A stretch of DNA of 64,000 nucleotides from sequence record OM319461.1. One strand, written 5' to 3'. Positions within the stretch are counted from its first letter, which is position 1. Each line of letters starts with the position of its first letter. Below, piece after piece: positions 37,814 through 46,201 of the stretch. Made by a program: the position numbers and the translations under genes. The notes below the pieces were generated by a model that saw nothing but the letters and a program-made list of their open reading frames with translations, made no database searches and was not told the origin of the DNA.

Positions 37814-39076
37814 TTAAACTCCGTGGTTTAGTCGCTCTGCGGCAACACGCAGTTCGCTGTTTGCGAAATGCTCTAATAGTTTTTGGGTAGTGATACTACG
37901 GTATTTTTTACGGCCAGTTGGGCCAAAGGTAGCTTGTAGGAATTCCCATAGGCCACGCTGGTCTTCGCCGTATTTAAGTAAGCGCTTGTCCATCTCGTCT
38001 ACTTGACGAAGAATTTCTTTCTTGTCTTTTTCGTCAACATACTTCAGATTTTGAATGATGCCTTTACGAATGACTTTATGGCGCTGTTTGGTTTTATCAT
38101 AGATATCAAACTGCAAATCGAACGAGGCCAGAACCAACAATGTGACTGGGAAATAAATCAAACTCGCAAGTATGCACAAGACGGTTACCAGTACAGATAA
38201 CCAGCGATTGTTGGAAAGCTGGTTTAAATCCCCGACCCAGTCCTCGATCTTGTAGATGAAGCTCGATACTTGGTTACCATAGCCCTGTTGGATTGCAAAT
38301 CGGTCAGCCAGGAATTCCCAGCCACGCATATCATAAGCAGGCAAACCAAGTTGCGACTTGGCATTATCTGTAGCCTCTTTGAAAAGAACGATTGATAGCT
38401 GGTCCTGAGTGGTAGCTGTCTTGGCTTCGTCCAGTCTTTTTAAATCACCTTTACGCAATTGCTTCTCAGTCAGGAACGCAACTCGCTTTTCTGGTGTTGG
38501 CTGCATGAATGCTTCTTTTGCCAAGAAGTCCATGTAGTAGTTCGTTGACATTGCATAATCAAGCATTGCGTAGAAGTAGAACACATGGCCGAGTTCATGT
38601 AGGATACCGCCGACTAGCTCACCGGCTGTAAATGTTTTATGATCGTTCATAAACCATTCGCCGACACCGATATCGTGCATTATCTCAGAGAACCAACCGC
38701 CAATACGGCCATTCTTGAAATCAACGAAACCGAGCTTAGCTTCTTCTGGTCCCTTAACGCCAACGTATTCCTGGTAATTCACTGATTGACCACGAGCGCC
38801 AAGAAATACATGATTGGCATCCATTACTGGCGTCATTACCCAAAGGTCCATGTTATTATCGCCAGACCGATATTTAAAACGAGCAGTGATGCCCGTTTCT
38901 TCTTTTACGATTTTTATGAAGTCAGAACGCTCGAGATCTTTTTTGCCAATACGACCATTGGCTCTCATGCGCTTCAACTCTGCTTCCAACCTTGGTCCAA
39001 GTTCTGACTTAGACCATAGAGATTCAGTATCAAAGCCGTCGCCAAAATACGAACCCATTTCTTCGTGTGTAAACAT
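37814..39076 (-). CDS. Virion protein with HEXXH zinc-metallopeptidase motif and TM segment (phiKZ gp84-like)
   Basis: ILHELGHVF, EFLADRFA, hydrophobic WLSVLVTVLCILASLIYFPVTLLVLA; GFDTES near the N-terminus. Confidence 0.75.
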   Translation of the reverse strand: MFTHEEMGSYFGDGFDTESLWSKSELGPRLEAELKRMRANGRIGKKDLERSDFIKIVKEETGITARFKYRSGDNNMDLWVMTPVMDANHVFLGARGQSVNYQEYVGVKGPEEAKLGFVDFKNGRIGGWFSEIMHDIGVGEWFMNDHKTFTAGELVGGILHELGHVFYFYAMLDYAMSTNYYMDFLAKEAFMQPTPEKRVAFLTEKQLRKGDLKRLDEAKTATTQDQLSIVLFKEATDNAKSQLGLPAYDMRGWEFLADRFAIQQGYGNQVSSFIYKIEDWVGDLNQLSNNRWLSVLVTVLCILASLIYFPVTLLVLASFDLQFDIYDKTKQRHKVIRKGIIQNLKYVDEKDKKEILRQVDEMDKRLLKYGEDQRGLWEFLQATFGPTGRKKYRSITTQKLLEHFANSELRVAAERLNHGV

Positions 39077-39155
39077 TATCTTTACTCTTGTTTTTCTGTT
39101 CGAACAGGGTGAGTAAATTATTTAGTCACCTATCTAATTAGCGGAGACAGTTAAG

Positions 39156-40883
39156 ATGACCAAACCAAGAGAGATCATGTCTCACTGCATGTTTACGACC
39201 TATATGCGCAACCAAAACAGCCGTGTAGAAGATGCAGTTTTAATCAAAGAACGATTACGATGTAAAGAGACTGGCCGTGAAAAGCCACGCATTCGTATCG
39301 CTACAAACGTACAGCGTCCTTACTGGGTATCTAAACCAGAAGTACAGAAACAACATACACAAAAGCGTGAGTTCGAATATGCACACAACCTAGAGATGCG
39401 TACTTGTACTCAGGCAGAACTTCCTTTACGTGTTGCCAAGGCAATTGGCTTTAAAGGTGGTTACCAAGCACTATCTAAATCTTGTCGCTCTCCTTATATC
39501 TACGGTACAGACATCTCAGTATCTGTTTTAGAGAAACACAAGCTAGACAAGGCAAACCAGGCAGTAAACGGTTCATGGGTTCCTGACTACTCAATTGCCG
39601 TGATGGACTTTGAGACAAACACTCACTCAAAGGACGAAGAAATCATCTCTGGTGCAATCTCTATGAAAGACAAAGCTGTGATTGTAGTATCACAAGACTT
39701 TGTTGCGAACATTCCTAATCTGGAAGAACGTGTACTAGAGATGTGTAACAAGTACCTAGAAGAAGATATCAAGAAGCGCGATATCAAAATCAAAGTACAC
39801 GTTGTACCAAACGATTTCGAAGTTGCAAAGAAACTTATGTTTTATGCACACATGTGGAAACCAGACTTCCTGACATTCTGGAACATGAACTTCGATATTA
39901 AGAAGATGATGCAGGCATGTGAACGCCACGACAAAGATCCTGCCTTCATCTTTAGTGATCCAAACGTACCAGCACATTACCGCTTCTTTAACTATCGTGA
40001 AGATGCCGTTAACCGCATTACTGCTTCTGGTAAGAAGATGAACAAGGATCCATCGGATGCTTGGCATGTGGTTGAATGTCCGGCTTCATTTTACGTTATC
40101 GATGCGATGTGTGTATTCCGCATGCTGCGCGTAATCAAAGGTAAACGCCATAGTTACTCATTGGATGCTATTCTAAATGACGAACTAGGTATTCGTAAAC
40201 TTGAGATTCCTGGCGTAGACGGAAACCACAACTTGAACTGGCACCGTTTCATGCAGCTTAACAAGAAAATTGAATACTTGGTATACAACTTGTTTGACTG
40301 TATCTCAGTTGAGTTACTTGATGAAGAGACAACTGACCTGTCTAAGAAAATCGGTCTTTATGCCGATGGTTCTGATTTCAGTTCATTGAGCTCTAACCCT
40401 AAACGTCTAGCTAACGCAATTCACTTGTTCCTAGTTGAGAAAGGTAAAGTTCTTTGTTCTACTGCGGATGACATGACAGAAGAGTTTGACAAGTTTGTAC
40501 TTGATAAGCGTGACTGGATTGTTACCCTAGCAAACGAACTAGCTGATGAATCCGGTATTGCTCTTTACAAAGAGTTGCCTAACCTACTTACTCGTGCAGC
40601 AGTAGGCGTTGCGGATATCGATATCACATCTGGTTACCCTAACGCACAGTTTATCGCAAACGTTTCTAAATCAACTACTCTTGCAGAAGTTTGTTCTATT
40701 TCTGGTCTTAACCGAAATCAAATCAAACAACTTTCTGTTGACCTCATGGCTTGTCCTGCTAATGCTTACGAGATATGTACTCGAGTATTGGAGATGCCAG
40801 AGTTTGACGAAGTCGTTGCAATGTACGATGAAATGGAAGCATCAAACGATGACCGCTTGCAGAACATTCTGGTAGCAGCTTAA
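39156..40883 (+). CDS. Family-B DNA polymerase, exonuclease plus motif A half (phiKZ gp82-like)
   Basis: ExoI VMDFETN, ExoII FWNMNFDI, ExoIII YNLFDC, polB motif A DIDITSGYP; motifs B and C absent. Confidence 0.85.
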   Translation: MTKPREIMSHCMFTTYMRNQNSRVEDAVLIKERLRCKETGREKPRIRIATNVQRPYWVSKPEVQKQHTQKREFEYAHNLEMRTCTQAELPLRVAKAIGFKGGYQALSKSCRSPYIYGTDISVSVLEKHKLDKANQAVNGSWVPDYSIAVMDFETNTHSKDEEIISGAISMKDKAVIVVSQDFVANIPNLEERVLEMCNKYLEEDIKKRDIKIKVHVVPNDFEVAKKLMFYAHMWKPDFLTFWNMNFDIKKMMQACERHDKDPAFIFSDPNVPAHYRFFNYREDAVNRITASGKKMNKDPSDAWHVVECPASFYVIDAMCVFRMLRVIKGKRHSYSLDAILNDELGIRKLEIPGVDGNHNLNWHRFMQLNKKIEYLVYNLFDCISVELLDEETTDLSKKIGLYADGSDFSSLSSNPKRLANAIHLFLVEKGKVLCSTADDMTEEFDKFVLDKRDWIVTLANELADESGIALYKELPNLLTRAAVGVADIDITSGYPNAQFIANVSKSTTLAEVCSISGLNRNQIKQLSVDLMACPANAYEICTRVLEMPEFDEVVAMYDEMEASNDDRLQNILVAA

Positions 40884-40892
40884 ATAATAGTA

Positions 40893-40916
40893 CCTCTCTC
40901 CCATATGGGAGAGAGG
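40893..40916. terminator. Bidirectional terminator
   Basis: 11-bp stem cctctctccca / tgggagagagg with a T-tract at 40924-40930. Confidence 0.8.
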
Positions 40917-40928
40917 ATACTTATTTTT

Positions 40929-42275
40929 TTAGCTAGATGGTTTGTCAGTCATAACTGCATCGATCGCAGTAATCGCAACAATGTCTGAAGACACATCAGC
41001 ATGCAATGCATCCAACCCACTCGCAATATGTCGGAATAGGTCCATTTCAGTACGAAGGATTTCTGCAATCTTGACAGGAATACCGACTAGGCGCTTCTTG
41101 CCTTCTTTTAGTGCTGGTGCAACTTCTGCCTGTGTGATACCTAAATCACCTTCTTGAATAGGCTTCGCGTTTTCACCGCTGTATGCCGCAAGTTCTTCGT
41201 TGTATTGGTTAACGATTGTATTGAACTTCTCTTTTAGCTGAAGGACATCCGAGCTTACAACAACTAGCTCTTCAAGATGTGCTCGACTAAAGACACCGGT
41301 GATCTTGCTGTTAGCCATTTTCTTCGGAGACTGTGCCAGCTTACCAGTATGAACAGGAATTGCTTTAATCTTGCTTGCCGAAACACGGATATCCGAGTGC
41401 CCAATAACAATAGGGTATTTTCTTGAAACGCCATGTTTCTTGAATGCTTCTGCTAGCTTAGCATGATATTCTTTACCAGCCGTATCCAGATGATTCAGTG
41501 CGTCCATCACATCGCGTTCGGTGCGGATTGCAATGACTTTGCGCAAGAAGTTAAATAGGTCTTCGTTACTACCACAGTTGGCAATATCTGCTAACACACT
41601 TAATTCTTTGCGGATGCGTGGAATGATATCTGATACTTCGCGTTCCAAAGTCAAAAGACTAGCTTGACGTGCAAGTGTGCGAAGATCATGTGCCTTGAGG
41701 ATGTTGTTTGCCATAGTTGCAGACGTGATTGGACGGAATGTCTTTTTGTCGCTTTCACCATAAATCGCAACCTTTAATCCCTCTGGAATAGCAGAGACTT
41801 GTTCTGGAGTTAGGGCCTTGCCTTCTTCCAGTCCGGTTTCTTTGATGTACTTGTCCGATAGCTCAACTAGCTCATCGAAAATAACCAAAGCATCGGCTTG
41901 CTTTTTCTGGCGCTGTTCTGTTTTCTTCGCATCATTCTTGAAGATACCACGGATGATACTGTAAATACGACGAATCAAATCAGCGATAGCACGGTAAACA
42001 CGAGAACCAAAGTCTTTAAGACCTTCTGCATCCAGACCATGCATGCGACGCATGTACTCGCCCTTGTCGAAAGACAATACCTGTCCACCAAGCACTTCGT
42101 TTACGCCATCAATCATTTTCTCAGCAATCGCCAAGTTTGATTTGGTTGGTGCCGCAGTCAAGGTAAACTCTTCTACTCGACGCAGGTTCTCAGCGAAAGC
42201 CATTGCTCTTTCTAGATCATGAGTCATAGTAAGCAATTCAACTTCCATTGCAAATTCAGATAATTGGATATCCAT
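40929..42275 (-). CDS. Internal head/ejection protein paralog (448 aa)
   Basis: Acidic N-terminus, GLDAEG, then amphipathic helix LKDFGSRVYRAIADLIRRIYSIIRGIF. Confidence 0.75.
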   Translation of the reverse strand: MDIQLSEFAMEVELLTMTHDLERAMAFAENLRRVEEFTLTAAPTKSNLAIAEKMIDGVNEVLGGQVLSFDKGEYMRRMHGLDAEGLKDFGSRVYRAIADLIRRIYSIIRGIFKNDAKKTEQRQKKQADALVIFDELVELSDKYIKETGLEEGKALTPEQVSAIPEGLKVAIYGESDKKTFRPITSATMANNILKAHDLRTLARQASLLTLEREVSDIIPRIRKELSVLADIANCGSNEDLFNFLRKVIAIRTERDVMDALNHLDTAGKEYHAKLAEAFKKHGVSRKYPIVIGHSDIRVSASKIKAIPVHTGKLAQSPKKMANSKITGVFSRAHLEELVVVSSDVLQLKEKFNTIVNQYNEELAAYSGENAKPIQEGDLGITQAEVAPALKEGKKRLVGIPVKIAEILRTEMDLFRHIASGLDALHADVSSDIVAITAIDAVMTDKPSS

Positions 42276-42336
42276 TGGATAATTCTCCTAAAAACGTTTT
42301 TTCCGAAAAATTTTCGGTGGTTTGAATATATTCAAA

Positions 42337-42627
42337 TTATTTGTCTAAAGGCTTATTCGCCTTACAGACCGCTGGTTCTGGCTCTTCTGTGTCCGGAGAA
42401 TTCAAACGCCTTGCTTGATAAAGTTCACATCTTTTTCTGTCGATTGCCTCAACCAAGTCAAACGCCCAGTTAAGGATGTCTTCATACTCAAAGCCTTTTG
42501 TCTGTGGTGTTTCAATGTCACTCAGCAGGCTCTGTGGCAAGGGCTCTTTCACAGGCTCGCTTATCGGCGAGTCCACGCTTGCACAGGAGACGAGCAACAG
42601 CAGTGCGATCAACATTACCTTCTTCAT
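42337..42627 (-). CDS. Outer-membrane spanin (o-spanin, Rz1-like lipoprotein)
   Basis: MKK plus hydrophobic core and lipobox LVSC; starts inside the i-spanin gene in another frame. Confidence 0.8.
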   Translation of the reverse strand: MKKVMLIALLLLVSCASVDSPISEPVKEPLPQSLLSDIETPQTKGFEYEDILNWAFDLVEAIDRKRCELYQARRLNSPDTEEPEPAVCKANKPLDK

Positions 42628-42913
42628 CTTTTGTTTCCTCTATAATACGGGTGGCTTCTTTTCGGGCAGCTGCTACTTCTCCCCATGATGTTTGTAACCT
42701 TAATCCGACTTCTCGCTCTAATAAGATCAAGTCTGTTGTCTTACTTAGCTGCTCGGTCAGGGCTTTGTTTGCTTGCTCTAAGATAATGGCCTTTTCTACC
42801 TTTGCCTTCCAATCCATATAGAAGCCGAATGCCATCGCAGCTACGACAAGATAGATCACTAAGTTAGAAATACCAGCCTTTGTCTTAAACCATTTTAATA
42901 CAGTTAAAATCAT
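42518..42913 (-). CDS. Inner-membrane spanin (i-spanin, Rz-like)
   Basis: N-terminal TM, periplasmic coiled coil, C-terminal cysteines; GGAG SD. Confidence 0.8.
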   Translation of the reverse strand: MILTVLKWFKTKAGISNLVIYLVVAAMAFGFYMDWKAKVEKAIILEQANKALTEQLSKTTDLILLEREVGLRLQTSWGEVAAARKEATRIIEETKDEEGNVDRTAVARLLCKRGLADKRACERALATEPAE

Positions 42914-42931
42914 AAAAACTCCAAAAACACA

Positions 42932-42953
42932 CCTCTTCCCCGAAGGGAAGAGG
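42932..42953 (-). terminator. UUCG terminator
   Basis: cctcttccc-cgaa-gggaagagg followed by gtgtgttttt on the minus strand. Confidence 0.75.
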
Positions 42954-42963
42954 CAATGTTAGA

Positions 42964-43635
42964 TTAGGCGATACGTACGTTAATTGTGTTGCTTAGTACT
43001 TTGTGTAGACGTTCAACACGTTCTTCACCCAGCATCAATACAAGGTTACCGCGTTGGAATCGAGCTTTAGGGCCCTTCTCCATAACTTGAGCAAATACCG
43101 TTGCATAAGCTTGAACTTCACGTTGACGTTCAATGTTGCCTGGGTAAGTTTGCCATAGGCCACGCAATACACGATCAGCACGGAAGGTCTTTGGATTAGC
43201 ACGACCATAAGTAATAGCAGTAAGCAATACTTCAGATGCTACTTCAAAACCTTTCGCTTCGTTAAACAGAACTTCGAAAACTGATTCGATGCGTTGTAGT
43301 GCAGATGTTTGTTCTGCTTGAGTAGGTGCACGTTGTGGACCCATTACTTCAACGTAAGCGATCATCTCTTCGATAACCGGATGGTTTTCTTCTGGTTCGA
43401 ATTCAGAAGAAGCAAGTACTTCACCATCTTCTGCAAGTACTTCGATTTCACCGCCAGGTTGTTCAACAACAGTACCTTCGATGATTTCGCCACTCTGTTC
43501 CATTACTGCAACAGTGTCGCCAACATTTACTTCTGGTTCAAATCCAGCTTCGTCAATCGCCGTAGCTAAAGACTGCATGCCACGTGGCTGTTGGTTCTTT
43601 TGTTGCTTCTGTTGTTTTGGTTTTTGGTTTGTCAT
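42964..43635 (-). CDS. Conserved hypothetical protein (223 aa), downstream of the vRNAP subunit
   Basis: AAGGA SD; good codon bias; synteny. Confidence 0.8.
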   Translation of the reverse strand: MTNQKPKQQKQQKNQQPRGMQSLATAIDEAGFEPEVNVGDTVAVMEQSGEIIEGTVVEQPGGEIEVLAEDGEVLASSEFEPEENHPVIEEMIAYVEVMGPQRAPTQAEQTSALQRIESVFEVLFNEAKGFEVASEVLLTAITYGRANPKTFRADRVLRGLWQTYPGNIERQREVQAYATVFAQVMEKGPKARFQRGNLVLMLGEERVERLHKVLSNTINVRIA

Positions 43636-43661
43636 GAGACAATTTCCTTTCGGTTATAGGT

Positions 43662-44933
43662 TTACATAACACGGTAGATCTTCTTGAAACCTTTTTCGCG
43701 CGTTAGGCGAGTAGTCTTTAGAGAAGAACCGTGGAAAGCTGCCAGGGATACTGACATGAATACGTTACCTGTTTGGTTCATCAATGCACCGATGCCGATG
43801 CCAGAATCAGCGATACGTGTACCAACACAACGACGACAGTAGTTACGCTGTGTTTCTTTACAGGTAGCAGGGACACGAACATATACGTTCTTGCCGATGA
43901 GTTTCTTGATGCGTGCCTCGGTCAATGGTTCATCTTCACCAACCAAGAACATCCCAGTTAATTCATCTACGTGGTCAGAAGTGATGACAGTCGGTTCACC
44001 GATTTGAGTACCGCAGTCCTCTGTCGGAATACGAACGTTCTGGAATGCACGTGTTGCGAACTTAGCTGCCTCACCACCGAGGGCAGTATCTTTTGCACGA
44101 CCATAAGAACCAGAGCGCAGGTTGTTTACCGCAGCTGGCATGTTTTCCGGAGTCATACCCTCATCAAGAGAGTTGGCCAACAAGTCCATACGAGTTGGGT
44201 CATCGAGTCGAGGAACACCACCCTGAATATGGAAGAGTTTCTTACGTACCGTATCGATTTGTTTTCCTTTAAGGAAGAAACGTTCTGATTCGTCGCCTTT
44301 GATGAACTCGCGGTCAATTGCCGAGATAGTTTGGTCGATTTCAGCAAGTACTGCTGGATCATCCAATTTACCTGCATACTTCTTCAATAGTTCTTCACGC
44401 TTCTTCAGTGCTTCCGGAGAAGGAGAGATAGAACGAGGAGTTGCAGCAGTAACCTGGGTCTGAGTAAATGCTTTGATGTGGCCACATGCCTTGTGCCAAC
44501 GGCGACGATATTCCTCAACGGTAATCGTTCCTTTCTCGGCCAACTCAGCGACGATCTTGTCGACGGCCTTGCCGTTAAGTCTACCTTGTACATATGGCAA
44601 TACGGCATCGAATGGCCAGACAAAAAGAATTGCATTGATTAGGGCTTGTGTGTATGCGGTATTGATCGTACCAGTTACACCAGGGAATTCACCTTCTTTC
44701 AGCTGCATCTTTTCTTCACGCCCAAACAATGGGGCTTTTGGATCCGCACCTTCGATTACCGTTAGTTCGTTTTCGTCATTGTAGAAGTACCAGCGCTTAC
44801 CATCGTTATTTGGCATGTTGCGTTCAGTATGTTCCACCATGTCCACTGGCAAAGCAGTAGCACGTAGACACCAGACACGACTACAGTACATTTCCAGTTT
44901 GATACAATCAATAAAGAATTGACGTTTATTCAC
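43662..44933 (-). CDS. Virion RNA polymerase beta-prime subunit, middle part (phiKZ gp80-like)
   Basis: RSGSYGRAKDTALGG bridge-helix region, EDCGT, CKETQRNYCRRCVG zinc site; GAGGAG SD with GTG start. Confidence 0.88.
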   Translation of the reverse strand: MNKRQFFIDCIKLEMYCSRVWCLRATALPVDMVEHTERNMPNNDGKRWYFYNDENELTVIEGADPKAPLFGREEKMQLKEGEFPGVTGTINTAYTQALINAILFVWPFDAVLPYVQGRLNGKAVDKIVAELAEKGTITVEEYRRRWHKACGHIKAFTQTQVTAATPRSISPSPEALKKREELLKKYAGKLDDPAVLAEIDQTISAIDREFIKGDESERFFLKGKQIDTVRKKLFHIQGGVPRLDDPTRMDLLANSLDEGMTPENMPAAVNNLRSGSYGRAKDTALGGEAAKFATRAFQNVRIPTEDCGTQIGEPTVITSDHVDELTGMFLVGEDEPLTEARIKKLIGKNVYVRVPATCKETQRNYCRRCVGTRIADSGIGIGALMNQTGNVFMSVSLAAFHGSSLKTTRLTREKGFKKIYRVM

Positions 44934-45747
44934 GAGTGAACTCCTCTACTGCTTCGCTGATGTAACGGTCAACGATTTCTTTCTGCGGTAGAAGATTTAG
45001 TCGAGCAGACTTCGCGTTAATTTCTAGCATGTCATCTTTTGTACCACTGATAATTTCAGCGGCAACTAATTCGATTGCAGCTAGTGTAGCGTTGTTGATC
45101 TCTTCTAGTTGACTCGCGATAGCTTCGTAGACAGCTCCACGTGTTACTGGGAGTTCTGTTACCTGCACAACGTACTCGTAAACTGGACCAGACTTTTGGT
45201 CTTGCATGAAACGCAAGTATCGATCACGAACCAAGCGGGCACGAGAGATGATGTCAAACTCGACACTATCTTCTTCTGCAATCTCGATCATCTTGTCAAA
45301 CAGAGCCGGGTCCACTTGACCGATCCATTCAACGATTTCTCCGAATTTTGCTTCTGTTAATTCGGCAATGATTTTTGCCAATAGAACTTCTTCGGTTTCT
45401 GTTTCGTCAGTTACGAAACTTTGTAAAACATCCAGGTTATCTGGATCGTCCATAACACTTAGTCCTTCTAAAAGGACATTGATATTTCTGAGTGTAAGTG
45501 GAGCATCCAGTCCTTCTGCCGTACGTACACCAAACAAGTTAATTAGTCTGAGTGCATGCGCATAGTAGACACCATATGTTTGCTGTGCCTTGTCGTCATT
45601 CTCGAAAGCCTTAACGGCCATCAGTTCAATAACGGAAAGTTCGTGAGCAGCATATGTAAAGTGGTCAAACAGATTTTCCGTATGGACCATGGCTTCAATG
45701 TCAGCAGGAGGAAGGATACCATCATAAAGAGCGATAATGTCAATCAT
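44926..45747 (-). CDS. Conserved hypothetical protein (273 aa; start moved to MIDIIAL)
   Basis: AAGGAG SD at ATG 45747; overlaps the vRNAP start. Confidence 0.75.
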   Translation of the reverse strand: MIDIIALYDGILPPADIEAMVHTENLFDHFTYAAHELSVIELMAVKAFENDDKAQQTYGVYYAHALRLINLFGVRTAEGLDAPLTLRNINVLLEGLSVMDDPDNLDVLQSFVTDETETEEVLLAKIIAELTEAKFGEIVEWIGQVDPALFDKMIEIAEEDSVEFDIISRARLVRDRYLRFMQDQKSGPVYEYVVQVTELPVTRGAVYEAIASQLEEINNATLAAIELVAAEIISGTKDDMLEINAKSARLNLLPQKEIVDRYISEAVEEFTRE

Positions 45748-45862
45748 GGGGTTTCTCCTTGTCTCTATTAGATTTAGCCGCTGAATCATTAAAGACAGGG
45801 GGCAAAAATGGTATGACGAATAAACCCTTTAATAAAGAAGAATAAACCCGGAGAACGCCCTC

Positions 45863-46201
45863 ATGAATAACAACCAGCAAAATCCACTTACGTGGAACGA
45901 CTGTATCGAAGTCCGCCAAGCATATCTGACAGCCTTTGAAGAAGCAAAATCTGTACTACTCAATATCGGCATCAATGCAGCTTCGACAAATCAGACACAA
46001 CTAAAACAGCGTGCTGATAACTGCCTGCACCAACTTGCAGTACTTGAAGATCAAGTAAACAAGTACATGTCCGACAAAGTTCACCTACTTACAATGGACA
46101 CCCCATTAACTGCCGATCAAACACCAATGGCATATGCGATTCATTCGTACCATACATTGGCCATCGGTGAAATCGTGAAAACCATGGAGTCATTTCAATA
46201 A
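45863..46201 (+). CDS. Hypothetical protein (112 aa)
   Basis: GGAG SD; TAATG coupling to the next gene. Confidence 0.75.
   Translation: MNNNQQNPLTWNDCIEVRQAYLTAFEEAKSVLLNIGINAASTNQTQLKQRADNCLHQLAVLEDQVNKYMSDKVHLLTMDTPLTADQTPMAYAIHSYHTLAIGEIVKTMESFQ

Noticed and set aside
6148-39141. ttagtcacc...ctaatta similarity in two divergent intergenic regions (about 6152 and about 39122)
   Set aside because: Only two imperfect AT-rich copies; cannot be distinguished from chance without a genome-wide count.
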